Sequence record: MH494197.1
DNA: 64,000 nucleotides
Direction: 5' to 3' (one strand)
Shown here: one piece after another, positions 40,341-51,014 of the stretch
Position numbering within the stretch: position 1 is the first letter of the stretch
How the letters are laid out: every line of letters starts with the position of its first letter
Program-made: the position numbers and the translations under genes
The notes under the pieces: generated by a model
Database searches by the model: none
The model's input: the letters and a program-made list of their open reading frames with translations, nothing else
Told to the model about the DNA's origin: nothing

Positions 40341-40962
40341 TCACTTATTGGCATAAATAACGCTCAATGCTTGTTGGTGCAACGCTTCAATTGTGCTATT
40401 ATTTTGTACAATGATATCAGGATTATTGATACCAATCCACGCCCATTCAGATTCATGAACTGATTCTAACTCAATTGGTTTCATGCTAATATCACCTTTA
40501 TTAAAAGATGCTGCTAAACCATACCAGTGTGGGAGGGTACGCTGAACTTCAATCACAATACCATTTAATGAACGAATCATTTTTAGTTCATTTGGGAATC
40601 GACAGTCAGTAATGATAATATTCCTTCAACAGATTGCATTGACTTCTAAACTATGGACCCAAATATCATTATGAAAGTACTTACGCAAAATATTAGTACC
40701 GTAATTCTGTAATACCCATCGAGGGAAACATCATCACGCCCCAACTTCTCGCACCAGTACTGGTCTGGCTCTTCACGGAGTTTACGACTTTCCTTAGTCG
40801 AACCCTCAAGCATTTCACGATCCATCCAAAGATAGCAGCAACTGAATCTTTAAGATTAGTTGCAAATGACATTCTTGTGTAACCATTATTGATAAAAGTT
40901 TCACCAAAAGTATCTTTGCCACTACCGATAGTACCGTTAATTGCAATTATTTGTCTTTCCAT
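40341..40962 (-). CDS. Deoxynucleoside monophosphate kinase (T4 gp1-like), frameshifted
   Basis: IAINGTIGSGKDT P-loop, SFATNLKD, PRWVLQNYGT, IITDCRFPNE. Confidence 0.88.
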
Positions 40963-40980
40963 AATACTTCTCCATGTATA

Positions 40981-41259
40981 TTATATAAGTACTACTAAAT
41001 CCTTTCCTACTAAACATTCAAGTAATCCAACTATAAACTCACTCCCATAATATATAGTAACATAAGTGATGTAGAATGTTTCACCATTATCATCACGACA
41101 TATACTCGCCCACGCGTTTATTCGATCTCTACCGAAAACATCTACGATTGATTCTTTTATAAATTTCCAGTTCTTTTCGGTTGATTCATAATCCAATGTA
41201 GGTGCTCCACAAGTATATTTGTTATACATTGCATACACTGCATCTATGTTGTTATTCAT
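40981..41259 (-). CDS. Hypothetical protein
   Basis: 92-aa ORF with RBS AAGGA. Confidence 0.5.
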   Translation of the reverse strand: MNNNIDAVYAMYNKYTCGAPTLDYESTEKNWKFIKESIVDVFGRDRINAWASICRDDNGETFYITYVTIYYGSEFIVGLLECLVGKDLVVLI

Positions 41260-41333
41260 GTCAGGTTCCTTTAGATTAATATTATCATTATATCACAACA
41301 TATAAAAAGACCCCATATAGAGTCTTTTTTGTT

Positions 41334-42121
41334 TTATCCGATAATCATTCCAAGTGGATCACCACCATCTTTGTATCTCTTCAACTGTTCTTTAAGCTGT
41401 TCTTGAAGTTGTGCACCTTCATTACGTAATGTATCACCATCCATAGAGAATGTACCCTGTGGTCCGCAATGTAGCAAATTTAGCACGGTTGCGACCCAAC
41501 ATAATCATAGCTTCAGACAATGCCCAGTCACGTAGCCAAGGATAGCTTTGTTGACGTTGGAATAGCAATGGTTCAGGTATATTATGATATACATGTAATA
41601 GCACTTCTTCAGTACCACGAATATCACGGTCAATTATTAGTTTTTGGTCATTGGGTTGAACTGGAAGATGATTTCTCTACCAAACATACGCCCAACTAAT
41701 TCTTGGAACTGAAAACTAAAATCATAAGTAGTTAAGTCATAACCACCAGCGTTACGTGCAGACGTTAAAAGGTAAGTGTTGGTAAATGCGAGTGAAAAAG
41801 GGTCTACTGAGTTACCACTTCCAGAACTTAGATAACCGTTACCATAACGATAAATCTGTTTGACAATTTCAACTTCAGTAGGGAGCATGTATACAGATTG
41901 TGAATCATAGAATTTCATGTTCAAGAATGCTTCTTCTTTGAAGCAGAACTCCATGCTCGGTAGTTTGATACCGCATTATCAATTGCAATTTCCAATTGAC
42001 CATCAGTAATTTCAACTTCAACTGCACCAGCACCTAACATTTGAGTGATAACATCTTTCAGTTTTTCACGATGATCAAAGTTTGGAGCATCTGGGTTTCC
42101 ACCCATATAATCGTAAGACAT
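41334..42121 (-). CDS. Neck protein (T4 gp13-like), frameshifted
   Basis: MLGAGAVEVEITDGQLEIAIDNA; WLRDWALSEAMIMLGRNRAKF...GPQG...MDGDTLRNEG. Confidence 0.8.
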
Positions 42122-42328
42122 AAAAAGCACCTCATTAATGTTTATATACATTATTTAGAGGTGCTAATAGTTATTTGGAATTATACAAGCAATACAAGTA
42201 TACCATAGGAGCAAAATGTTCGGTATCAACTAAGTATATTAACTGGGTGTCATATATACCGTACAAATCTCGAAATTTATCTCTGTACAGCAACAATGAC
42301 TTATTGTTGTGTGGGTCAACCCAGTACT

Positions 42329-42757
42329 TTAAGTCATTGTAGTGCAACGTGTTATTACGGTAACCTGATAATATTTGTTTTTAGCCAACTTTTTACAATT
42401 ACTTAGTAAATGCATGATGGCATCAGCGGTAAATGGTCCCAGTACTAAAACTTCTTCTCCATTACCGAAGATACTCAATGGTACAGATTGTTGTCCTGCT
42501 AGATATTCGATTTGTTCTAATTCGAAAATGTCATCAGCAGCATAAACAACCTGTTCCATTTCATTATCTTTAATCCATGACTGCCAATGTTCTTTAAACT
42601 GCTTCGCTTCGTATTCCAGTACATAGTTAGGTGATTCTGGATTGTACTGATGTAGCATTGTCATACCAGCCATAACCAGTTCTTTTGGTGATGGAGTAGA
42701 ATCTTTCAGTACTACGATAGCTTGGATAGTTTTAACTTTAACGTTTTGAGCAGCCAT
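42329..42757 (-). CDS. Peptidyl-tRNA hydrolase type 2 (PTH2)-like protein, divergent
   Basis: QAIVVLKD, W...MEQVVY, VLVLGP...I..L....KKL pattern of the PTH2 fold; DAGxT motif not evident. Confidence 0.5.
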   Translation of the reverse strand: MAAQNVKVKTIQAIVVLKDSTPSPKELVMAGMTMLHQYNPESPNYVLEYEAKQFKEHWQSWIKDNEMEQVVYAADDIFELEQIEYLAGQQSVPLSIFGNGEEVLVLGPFTADAIMHLLSNCKKLAKNKYYQVTVITRCTTMT

Positions 42758-42772
42758 TAGATACCTCTATTA

Positions 42773-43069
42773 TAGAATGATTTTGTTATCAGGAACAATC
42801 AGTGCTGGTTTTTCTTCGATAGCCTTGATTGCTTCAACATAAGCTTCAACTAGTGCAGGGTTTGCATCGCTGATGCTAATGATGTTGGATTTATAAAAAT
42901 AACGCCTTTTTCAGAACTAATGAATTCTAGGTAATCACGTAGAATGATTTCACCTTGTTCGTCAGTACCTAGCTGTGCTGGGTAGTTAACTACTACTGCT
43001 TCTGGTGCATCATTTTGTAGAATTGCTAGTACTGCCAACGCTGTTGATGTTTAGTAGTTTAACGGTCAT
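42773..43069 (-). CDS. Hypothetical protein (frameshifted)
   Basis: MTVKLLNINSVG...VVNYPAQLG...KPALIVPDNKIIL. Confidence 0.45.
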
Positions 43070-43093
43070 AGTCATTTTGTCAAGTCCTTTTGT

Positions 43094-43570
43094 TTATTTT
43101 AGAAAGTATAAGTGTTTTTCTGCATTAACCAGTCTGTGGTCAATGATTTCTTTGATAACGTTCCAGTTACCACCGCCTAAATCGGCTCCAATTTTCGGGA
43201 AGTGTACATGAACAGTGCGTTCAACGTTACATAAGTAATTGAGTTGTTTGAAAACATCATCGATTGCATCATAACTCACATACTTAGAACCGTCATTACC
43301 ATAGTACTTTTGGGTAATGCAGTTTGCGATAAGCAAATCATCACTTATAGAAGAATATGAAATTTGTCCTGTTCTTAGAAATCCCATTTCCTTTTCATAT
43401 GCTTTATAATCATCATATGCCATCGGATAACGATTTCTTAGTTCTTTTGCAAAACCCGAACCCATCTTACCCTGTGCATTACAACCATGAGCGATTATAT
43501 GCAACGCGGTTTGATCATCAGTAACAGTGTTGAACAATTCAAACAAATTACCTAGGTGTTCATGTATCAT
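43094..43570 (-). CDS. Macrodomain ADP-ribosylglycohydrolase (TARG1/DarG-like)
   Basis: GNLF, IAHGCNAQGKMGSGFA, IANCITQ, FPKIGADLGGGNW. Confidence 0.88.
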   Translation of the reverse strand: MIHEHLGNLFELFNTVTDDQTALHIIAHGCNAQGKMGSGFAKELRNRYPMAYDDYKAYEKEMGFLRTGQISYSSISDDLLIANCITQKYYGNDGSKYVSYDAIDDVFKQLNYLCNVERTVHVHFPKIGADLGGGNWNVIKEIIDHRLVNAEKHLYFLK

Positions 43571-43613
43571 TATATTCTCCGAAAGAAAGGACTCTGTAAT
43601 CAGAGTCCTTAAT

Positions 43614-43877
43614 TTATATTTTATTCTTCTTCACCGAATCGAATTTTTTCAATTCTTTTCGTTGTTTGCGAGCAATGGTACTTTTGTGAAGTCTATTACC
43701 ACGTTTTGTGTCTTTCGTAATGTACCATGAATCTTCTGGTGCATCATAATCACAATAACCATCTTCTGTAATCGTCCCTAAGAAAGCAGACTTTTTAGGA
43801 ATGGATGTTTGAGCTTTAGCAGCGAATTGGCCTTTTGCTAATTGTTCACGAAAACTGAGCATAATAGTATCTCCCAA
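43614..43877 (-). CDS. Small basic hypothetical protein
   Basis: 87-aa ORF with K/R-rich C-terminus. Confidence 0.5.
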   Translation of the reverse strand: MGDTIMLSFREQLAKGQFAAKAQTSIPKKSAFLGTITEDGYCDYDAPEDSWYITKDTKRGNRLHKSTIARKQRKELKKFDSVKKNKI

Positions 43878-43907
43878 ATTGTTACGAAGAACTTGTGTTC
43901 TTCATTA

Positions 43908-44150
43908 TTATTTAGGGTTGCTCGAAACCTCTACTGAAGCGATGAATGCCAAAATATCATCTTTACTGAAAGCTTCAATAATATAAGCAACCGCTTTATC
44001 GTACTGTTCTTTCTTAGTAGTGTATTCTTTCATTTTGTGAATTTTACGTTGTGCTTTAACTTTTGCAGCTTCCATATCAGGCATTTTAAATTCAACACCC
44101 AATGTGTCAGCTAAATGTTTTGCACGAGATGATACTTTATCAATATTCAT
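43908..44150 (-). CDS. Hypothetical protein
   Basis: 80-aa ORF translationally coupled (TAATG) to glutaredoxin. Confidence 0.55.
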   Translation of the reverse strand: MNIDKVSSRAKHLADTLGVEFKMPDMEAAKVKAQRKIHKMKEYTTKKEQYDKAVAYIIEAFSKDDILAFIASVEVSSNPK

Positions 44151-44395
44151 TAATTCCAGCGACCTTCTTTAAGACCTTCAACGAAACCAGTACAGCCACG
44201 GAACGTAAACATCGTTTACGAAAATTTGTGGAACCTGTCGTACTGGCTCACCACATAGTTCAGATAGTTTAGCACCATCAATACCAGCGGTAACATATCG
44301 ATAAACTCCATATCAAATTTGTTATTTTCACATACTGCTTTAGCAGTGTCGCAGAATTTACAACCAGTAGTGCGACCATAAATTTTAACTTTCAT
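44150..44395 (-). CDS. Glutaredoxin (frameshifted)
   Basis: MKVKIYGRTTGCKFCDTAK (CxxC) and VRQVPQIFV...GCTGF. Confidence 0.85.
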
Positions 44396-44827
44396 TTCTT
44401 TTCCTTTATTTCGTTGAAACATCGTAACAGCCTTTATTATACTGTTACACATTCGTTCAGTCAAATACTTTTGACAATCTAGTACATCAATGTACATGAA
44501 CTTATCCAATTCTGGGTGACTTCTACCATATCTGTTTGTGTAAGTACTTTTACACTCCAACTCTTCTGGTATAGGCTTATCTTTGGCTGTATAGAAAAAT
44601 AAAACTAAACGTTTCCCTTTCTATACGATACATCACCAAGAAACAGAAGATCATCTTCATCGATTTCATATCCTGTCTCTTCGTAGCATTCACGTACAGC
44701 AGCCTCTTTAAATGTTTCTGTACCTTCAGTTTTACCTTTAGGTAAGTCCCAGTGATTCTGTCCGTGTTGTATGCCCGATAAGTATCTGACCATCACGATA
44801 AAATATTATACCACAGCTATAACGCAT
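44392..44827 (-). CDS. Nudix hydrolase (Ap4A hydrolase-like), frameshifted
   Basis: MRYSCGII..., WDLPKGKTEGTETFKEAAVRECYEETG, HPELDKF. Confidence 0.85.
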
Positions 44828-44902
44828 AATCTTATCTCTTTATCATCAAGTGATGTTCAGATACTAGTAATTATATCAGAAGATGTTAACTTGTCCCAGC
44901 TT

Positions 44903-46013
44903 TTAGAACATTTGCTTGATTGCTTCAATACGCAATTCAGCAACAAAATCACGAATCTCCGATGTTTGGAGTTCACCATCTTTCACTAACTGCTGAATAT
45001 CAGGTAATTCAACATCAGTATAACGATCATAAACTTTAATAATCAAATCTTCAAGTTCAGAATCAATTTCTTTGTTCAAAATGAAGTTTTCCAGTACTTT
45101 GTAAAGGAAATCTTCACCACCATTGTTTTTGATATTCATATCCAGTAAGATTTGTCCCATTTCAACTGGGGTCTTCTTACGGAAGGTTTTAATATCTTCA
45201 CGGAAACGCTTGATGTAATTATAAACTTCACGTACTTAACTGGAACCTTAATGGAACCGTTAAGTACTGAATCATTATTTACTTCTTCATTTTCAAGAAG
45301 TACTGTCCATAAGAAATATGGTTTATATTCTTCTGTACAATTTACAGAGATAGAATCAATTAATTCCAGACGTTTCTTGGTAACTGGAACTGTAGTAAAT
45401 GCCTTTTCGTAATAACCAAATTGTACCAGAGTTTTGATAAACTTGGAAGGGTTTTCTTCAGAAAGTGCTTTTCGAATTCAACAAAACACGATCTGGAACT
45501 AGATGGTCTAGTTCACCAGTACTAACCATATCTTTACACATTGTCATAGTATCATCATGGATTGTAAAGTCGGAGTAACGCGTAGCGAAACGGGCCAAAC
45601 GTAGAACACGCAATGGATCTTCTTTAAAGTGTTCTGATACATGACGAAGTACTTTGTTCTTGATATCAGCTTTCCCGCCATAAGGGTCGATGTGAATCTG
45701 GAGTACTGGATCATATGCAATACTATTGATTGTGAGATCACGACGATATAGATCTTGTTCTAGTGTCACACCTTTGTATTCACTTCGAAACCACCATATC
45801 CAGTACCAGTTTTACGCTCAGTACGGGCTAATGCGTGTTCATTACCTTCTGGACTTAGATATACAGGAAATCCTTACCTACTTGCTTGTATCCAATACTT
45901 TGCAAGTATTTAATATCGGATTCGGTAGCACCGACAATAACATAATCTTTGTCTTTTGCACGGATGCCCATTAAACGGTCACGAACGTAGCCACCAACCA
46001 AATACTTTTTCAT
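44903..46013 (-). CDS. cca: tRNA nucleotidyltransferase (CCA-adding enzyme, class II), frameshifted
   Basis: [16 protein letters not shown]...[52 protein letters not shown]. Confidence 0.93.
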
Positions 46014-46014
46014 A

Positions 46015-46136
46015 TCATTCCCCATCAACCAATCACGTAGACGTTCCCAGAAGCCTTTTGGCTGATATTCTGGATATTCATATTCATCTGTTCCTTGCTC
46101 GGAAACACCCCAATCTTCTTCTAATACTGTAATCAC
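46015..46136 (-). CDS. Small acidic protein, paralog 1
   Basis: [39 protein letters not shown](E*) after restoring one G. Confidence 0.55.
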
Positions 46137-46194
46137 AATGCCTCCAATTAAATTAATCTATCACGTAGACGGTCGTAATATTTTGCATGTATAT

Positions 46195-46569
46195 CTAGTA
46201 TACACTGAAATGACGGATAGTCAATACTAAATGTATCATCAATGAACATGTACTGATCAAGTGTTTCAGGACCATTATCATAAACTGGCAATGAACCTTC
46301 TTTTTTAACAGTGTGTTCCACATCAAATCACATGTAGTATCGAAAATTGCGTATGCTAATTCTATCTTACTTTTTCTAAGTGTAATTAATAATTCATCAT
46401 TCTCTACTAACGCGTTTCGTATTTTTACACGTACTGTACCCTGAAATTTATTAGTGGTTAGTACTCTATATTGATTATACGAAATCATGCCTCGTATTTC
46501 AGTACTGATTTCTTGTTCAGAAAAGTACCTTAATGTACTGTGGAAATTTGGTATTTTACGAATGTCCAT
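46195..46569 (-). CDS. Hypothetical protein (accessory paralog family)
   Basis: 124-aa ORF rich in I/Y/F. Confidence 0.45.
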   Translation of the reverse strand: MDIRKIPNFHSTLRYFSEQEISTEIRGMISYNQYRVLTTNKFQGTVRVKIRNALVENDELLITLRKSKIELAYAIFDTTCDLMWNTLLKKKVHCQFMIMVLKHLISTCSLMIHLVLTIRHFSVY

Positions 46570-46966
46570 TCAAATTCCTTTCGTATATATGGTATACGTT
46601 CATTATACTATTATATAGTTCAAAGTCAAATCCAAATGTGTCATCAATGAACTGATATTGTAGATACTCTTCATATGAAGCATCAATTGGTAATGAGCCA
46701 GAACGAATATCATCTGATTTAAAATCGTCAATATATCTTAATGTTATTTCTTCATCAACAGTGATATCTATCATCAACGTATCGTCACTGTACCAAAGGT
46801 TATGTATACGGATGTAAAGTTTCTTAGCACGATTAAAACTAGATACATTGGTATTGCGATGGAGTTTATCTAAGTTGAAGTAAAACCGGCTCGTTTTACT
46901 TATGTTTTTCATATGTTCTGCAATCGAATCAATTATATAATCAATGTTGAATGTTCTCATAAACAA
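46556..46966 (-). CDS. Hypothetical protein (accessory paralog family)
   Basis: C-terminal LPIDASYEEYLQYQFID motif resembling its neighbours. Confidence 0.55.
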   Translation of the reverse strand: MFMRTFNIDYIIDSIAEHMKNISKTSRFYFNLDKLHRNTNVSSFNRAKKLYIRIHNLWYSDDTLMIDITVDEEITLRYIDDFKSDDIRSGSLPIDASYEEYLQYQFIDDTFGFDFELYNSIMNVYHIYERNLNGHS

Positions 46967-47139
46967 ATCTCATAGCGGTTTGTGTTTGGATTGTAGCAAT
47001 AGGTATCATTAATTTTAACACGGTTTAAGTGTTATTGTTGTTCCTACTTCAGTACTGGGTTCTGCATCACAATAAATCATCACACCAACGCCACAGATTA
47101 AAGCTAAGATACAAATAATAGCACATATTATATATTCCA

Positions 47140-47264
47140 TCACTCCCCATCAGCCAATCAAAGAGACGTTCCAAGAAGCCATTAGGCTTGTATTCTGGTT
47201 CTTTGTTCACGTCGGTTTCTTGTTCATAAACACCCAAATCTTCTTCAAGTATAATTGTATTCAT
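47140..47264 (-). CDS. Small acidic protein, paralog 2
   Basis: MNTIILEEDLGVYEQETDVNKEPEYKPNGFLERLFDWLMG(E*). Confidence 0.55.
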
Positions 47265-47647
47265 TATATATTATACTCTATTATACCATCATCACTTTCA
47301 CCAGACAACCACTTAATGTAATTTACTTTGTAGAAATTAATCAATGCATAAGTGCTGTACTCAATCAACAAGTGATCTCTCAAGAATTCGTCTTGAGCAT
47401 ATCCATCTTCATCCAAATCTGTTGGAATATCAGTTTCTTTGTCTTGAATGTGTAAAGTTATTGTGTCTTTTGTTATACAAATTTTTATATGATTACAAAT
47501 AGTAATGATGATTATGCTATATGTTCTATTGAAATATATTGTGAAATCTTCATTAATATTATATCTTCGACTTTCTTCATATTTCTGATATGGGTCGAAA
47601 TGTGATAAATTAACTTTAATTAATGTATTTCTCAACTTACACCTCAA
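47264..47647 (-). CDS. Hypothetical protein (accessory paralog family)
   Basis: 127-aa ORF with IPTDLDEDGYAQ motif. Confidence 0.55.
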   Translation of the reverse strand: MRCKLRNTLIKVNLSHFDPYQKYEESRRYNINEDFTIYFNRTYSIIIITICNHIKICITKDTITLHIQDKETDIPTDLDEDGYAQDEFLRDHLLIEYSTYALINFYKVNYIKWLSGESDDGIIEYNI

Positions 47648-48042
47648 TCATATAAAGTAATTATACATTTTATTGTACAATATAAAAGGTCTTTCACATT
47701 ATCATAAGTAATATCAGATATATCATGAATTAATGATAACTGAAAAATGAAGCTTCGTCTATCTCTACTGGGATTATAACATCATAGTCTTCGTCAATTT
47801 TATGGGTGTAGTATTTTATGTGATCAGCATTCAACACAAGGTTGTATTTTGTATCATCTTCAATTAATCCGACAAATTGAGATTTTTGATTAATAAAAAT
47901 CCAATCCCAACACAACGGTTATCTGGATATGGATAGTACCATCTATTAATAACTAGGTGTTCAGGTAAGTCCATATCATGTGTTGATATTAAAGATTTTA
48001 CAATTCCCATCCGGAATAATTCATAATTAAAACTCCATAAGA

Positions 48043-48071
48043 AAAGGGACAGAATAATCTCTGTCCCTTTA
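48043..48071 (-). terminator. Intrinsic terminator
   Basis: aaaagggacaga-ataatc-tctgtcccttt. Confidence 0.8.
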
Positions 48072-48160
48072 TTATATCTTACTCTTCGTCTTCAGTCAAG
48101 TCTTCTTGAACTGGATGTTCGGGTGGTTACGGCGATGCAATTTGATGCTTTTGTCTTTAC

Positions 48161-48409
48161 CTAAGACAGTTTCCATTTTTCAAATGAATCACCAATTGCT
48201 TTGTATAAATCTGCATCATCGGCGGTGACAATCTTACCACCTGATGTTAAAGTTACGGAATATTGATTCTTATGCTCTTTCTTCACATGAACACCGATAT
48301 AAAGTACTGAAGAATCACTAAATTTCGTTAGTACATTTGCTTCTGCATGAATCGCGTCATTGATTGCTGGAGTAATATCAACATTACCTTGGATAACTAA
48401 ATCTAGCAT
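48161..48409 (-). CDS. Hypothetical protein
   Basis: 82-aa ORF with RBS GAGGTAGG. Confidence 0.55.
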   Translation of the reverse strand: MLDLVIQGNVDITPAINDAIHAEANVLTKFSDSSVLYIGVHVKKEHKNQYSVTLTSGGKIVTADDADLYKAIGDSFEKWKLS

Positions 48410-48423
48410 AATTTACCTACCTT

Positions 48424-49342
48424 TTAGAGTGAGCTTAACAGCAAATCCGCTCTGTTTGTAACTTGGCGATACCACAAGGAATTCATGATTTCTTTCTTGA
48501 ACTTCTTAGGGTTATCCATTTTAACACTTTTCCAAAGTTTGTCAAATGTTGCCAACTTATCAACGCCCATTGTGTATGACATTTCAAACAGGATACGCTG
48601 CTGTTCTTTTGTCAGATTAACTGCATCTTTCTTCTGCATCAATAGTGTAAAGTCCTCGTAAGTCCTTTTCATATCTTGCATTAAAAGTTTGTTGGCCTGT
48701 GCTTTGGTAATCCCGTTTCTGTACTTCATTGCATCAGAATCTTTCTTACCCAAATAATGCCCATAACCAATTGTATAATTACCTTTCATGTCCTTATAGG
48801 GATGAAATTTAGAATTGTGGAAAGGAACTCCAACTTTCCCACCAAGTAATTTACGTTTGTTCTTGGACTGAAATTCAATAGAACCTTCAGCTTCTTTGAT
48901 GTGATCGACAATTTCTGGATCTTTATAATCAAACAGTACAGTCACATCTGGTAACAATACGTTCTTCAAATCCTCTTTGTTGGGATAAAGATACCTGAGA
49001 AGTATGAAGAGTTGCATTTAAGTTGATATTCTTCAACAAAATGACATAATCTTCAATCTGTACATTTTAGGTTTAAATTTCTGTGCAATAGAATAATAAC
49101 TATCTCCGGTTGAACCGTATAATGTTTCTCGCTGCTTGGAACTGCCTTTGGTACTGATACCTTTAGTAGTTCCTGCTTTTGAATTTACAACTTGTGGTTT
49201 TAAATTATGCACCTGACTTTCGTCTAATGATGATGCACGATCACTTTGAGAAAAACCATAAAATCCAATCGCAGCGAATAGGGCTGATGAAACTAACACG
49301 CCTATGGCAATTTTAGTTTTCAGTGCTTTTTCGCTTTTTCAA
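48424..49342 (-). CDS. T4-type (GH24) lysozyme with N-terminal signal anchor and LysM-like domain (frameshifted)
   Basis: IKEAEG...YKDMKGNYTIGYGH, MSYTMGVDKLATFDKLW, SLWYRQVTNRA. Upstream fragment has GDSYYSIAQKF (LysM) and a basic N-terminus plus hydrophobic IAIGVLVSSALFAAIGFYGF; TTG start after AAGGAGG. Confidence 0.8.
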
Positions 49343-49509
49343 AACGCCTCCTTTGTTGGTTGTTAACAATGAGCAATCACAAAGAGGGCAAAGAGGCCAT
49401 TTGCAAAAGCCTCATTGGACTTTCTACAGTACTCATTTGTTCTTTGGAACATTTAAGTAGTATAGCATACTTTTTAGTTATATCAAGACCTATTTACCAA
49501 ATAACCACA

Positions 49510-49916
49510 TTAATCGTAGTATGTTCTACCAATGGTGATGTGATATTTGAAATATTTAGATGCCAAACCCAGTTCATTACGAATATGTGCAATGAAATCA
49601 TCTTCAAACTCTATGATAAAGAATGACCGGTTTCTTATTGTCTTTTACTTCTTCGATGAAAGGATCGAACTTAATCTTAACTTTCATACCATCGTACTTT
49701 TCCAGTACTCTGGATTTGGTGGCACTTCACCACGAACGATACTGACATGTGCTCCCCATTGTGGGTCTTTAATATCAATATGTAAGTCAGTTCTGATGAA
49801 GTACTGGTAGTATCGAACCAACTGTAATGGAAGTTGCAGTACTAACCAGAAGTCCTTCTTCTTTTCATAGTGCCACGATCTGGATCATACACCAGAGTTC
49901 CTTCCATTTCAATCAT
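49510..49916 (-). CDS. 2H phosphoesterase family protein (frameshifted; absent from the ORF track)
   Basis: Manual translation gives PQWGAHVSIVRGE and KYHITIGRT, the two Hx(S/T) motifs. Confidence 0.75.
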
Positions 49917-50273
49917 ATTTTACCTATAAATTTACATATATATTTTTATTTTCAATACGAACATAAGTTTCTAAAACATCTTTCGGAATTTTATTACTTG
50001 TTTTGTACCATGTAGTATTATCTACTAAAACAAAAGTTTCACCTTCAGTTTCACCAAATGTACTTAGTGCATAAATGAAGTAGTTTGGTGATGCACTACA
50101 ATAAACATCAGCATTAATTTCAATCATATTTTACACCACAATAAAGCTTAATACAACGAGTGTAATAAACACACCCACAATGGCGGTCATTTCAGGGTTA
50201 GCATCGTATGTATAACGGATGCACTTTAGAAAATCTTTACCAAACTTTTTTAGTCCATTCATATATTTTCCTT

Positions 50274-50620
50274 TCATTTCTTGTGTAAAGGGTCGGCACT
50301 TTCATAATAGATTGTATCATTGTTTCGCTCAATAGTAAAACTCTTTTGACACAACTCTTCAGCTAAACCCTTAGCATAGTTTAATACATCTCGGTTGAGA
50401 TATACTTCTTCTTTTGGGAAGCGTGGGTACTGAATAATACGAGCACACATTCCACTTTCAAGACCACCCGTGTAGATGTATTCACACGGAATCAATTGTA
50501 CACAAAATCCAAGCTTGAATGCAAACTTTCGTGTGTACTCTCTTGCTGTTTGATATCACCAGCAATATGAATATTCCAGTACTGTGTTTCAACTGTACCT
50601 TTGTCGATGTATTTCATACT
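50274..50620 (-). CDS. Conserved phage hypothetical protein
   Basis: IPCEYIYTGGLESGMCARIIQYPRFP; start approximate. Confidence 0.45.
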
Positions 50621-51014
50621 CATCTCCAATTATAGCATAAAAATCCTACTTGCCCAAATCTTCTATAATTCTTTTATGATATCATTGTTTTCCAGACATA
50701 AAGTACTGAAATTTCTACCTGTTTTTCATTGAGTTCATTAATCTCAAGCATAAGATAACCATAAGTGATATCTTGAACCCTACTTCGTTTTACCCTTGAG
50801 TACAGTCTGATGGGTACAGATACGCGAGTATTCAAAAGAATTCTGATAAATCATAACGATATACGGTATTCATTCTTGTAACGTTTACGACTGTACGATT
50901 CTAAACACTGTGGAAACGTCTATCAAACATACTACTTCTTAGTTGAAGTATGATTGGATCTAACTTATGCGAGAAATACTTTTGATTATTTTATTAAATC
51001 TTGTTACATGTCGT

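Noticed and set aside
45855-46136. CCA enzyme with a fused acidic N-terminal extension
   Set aside because: One extra G gives a stop just before the cca ATG, and the paralog at 47140-47264 shows the same pattern, so the fusion is likely an indel artefact.
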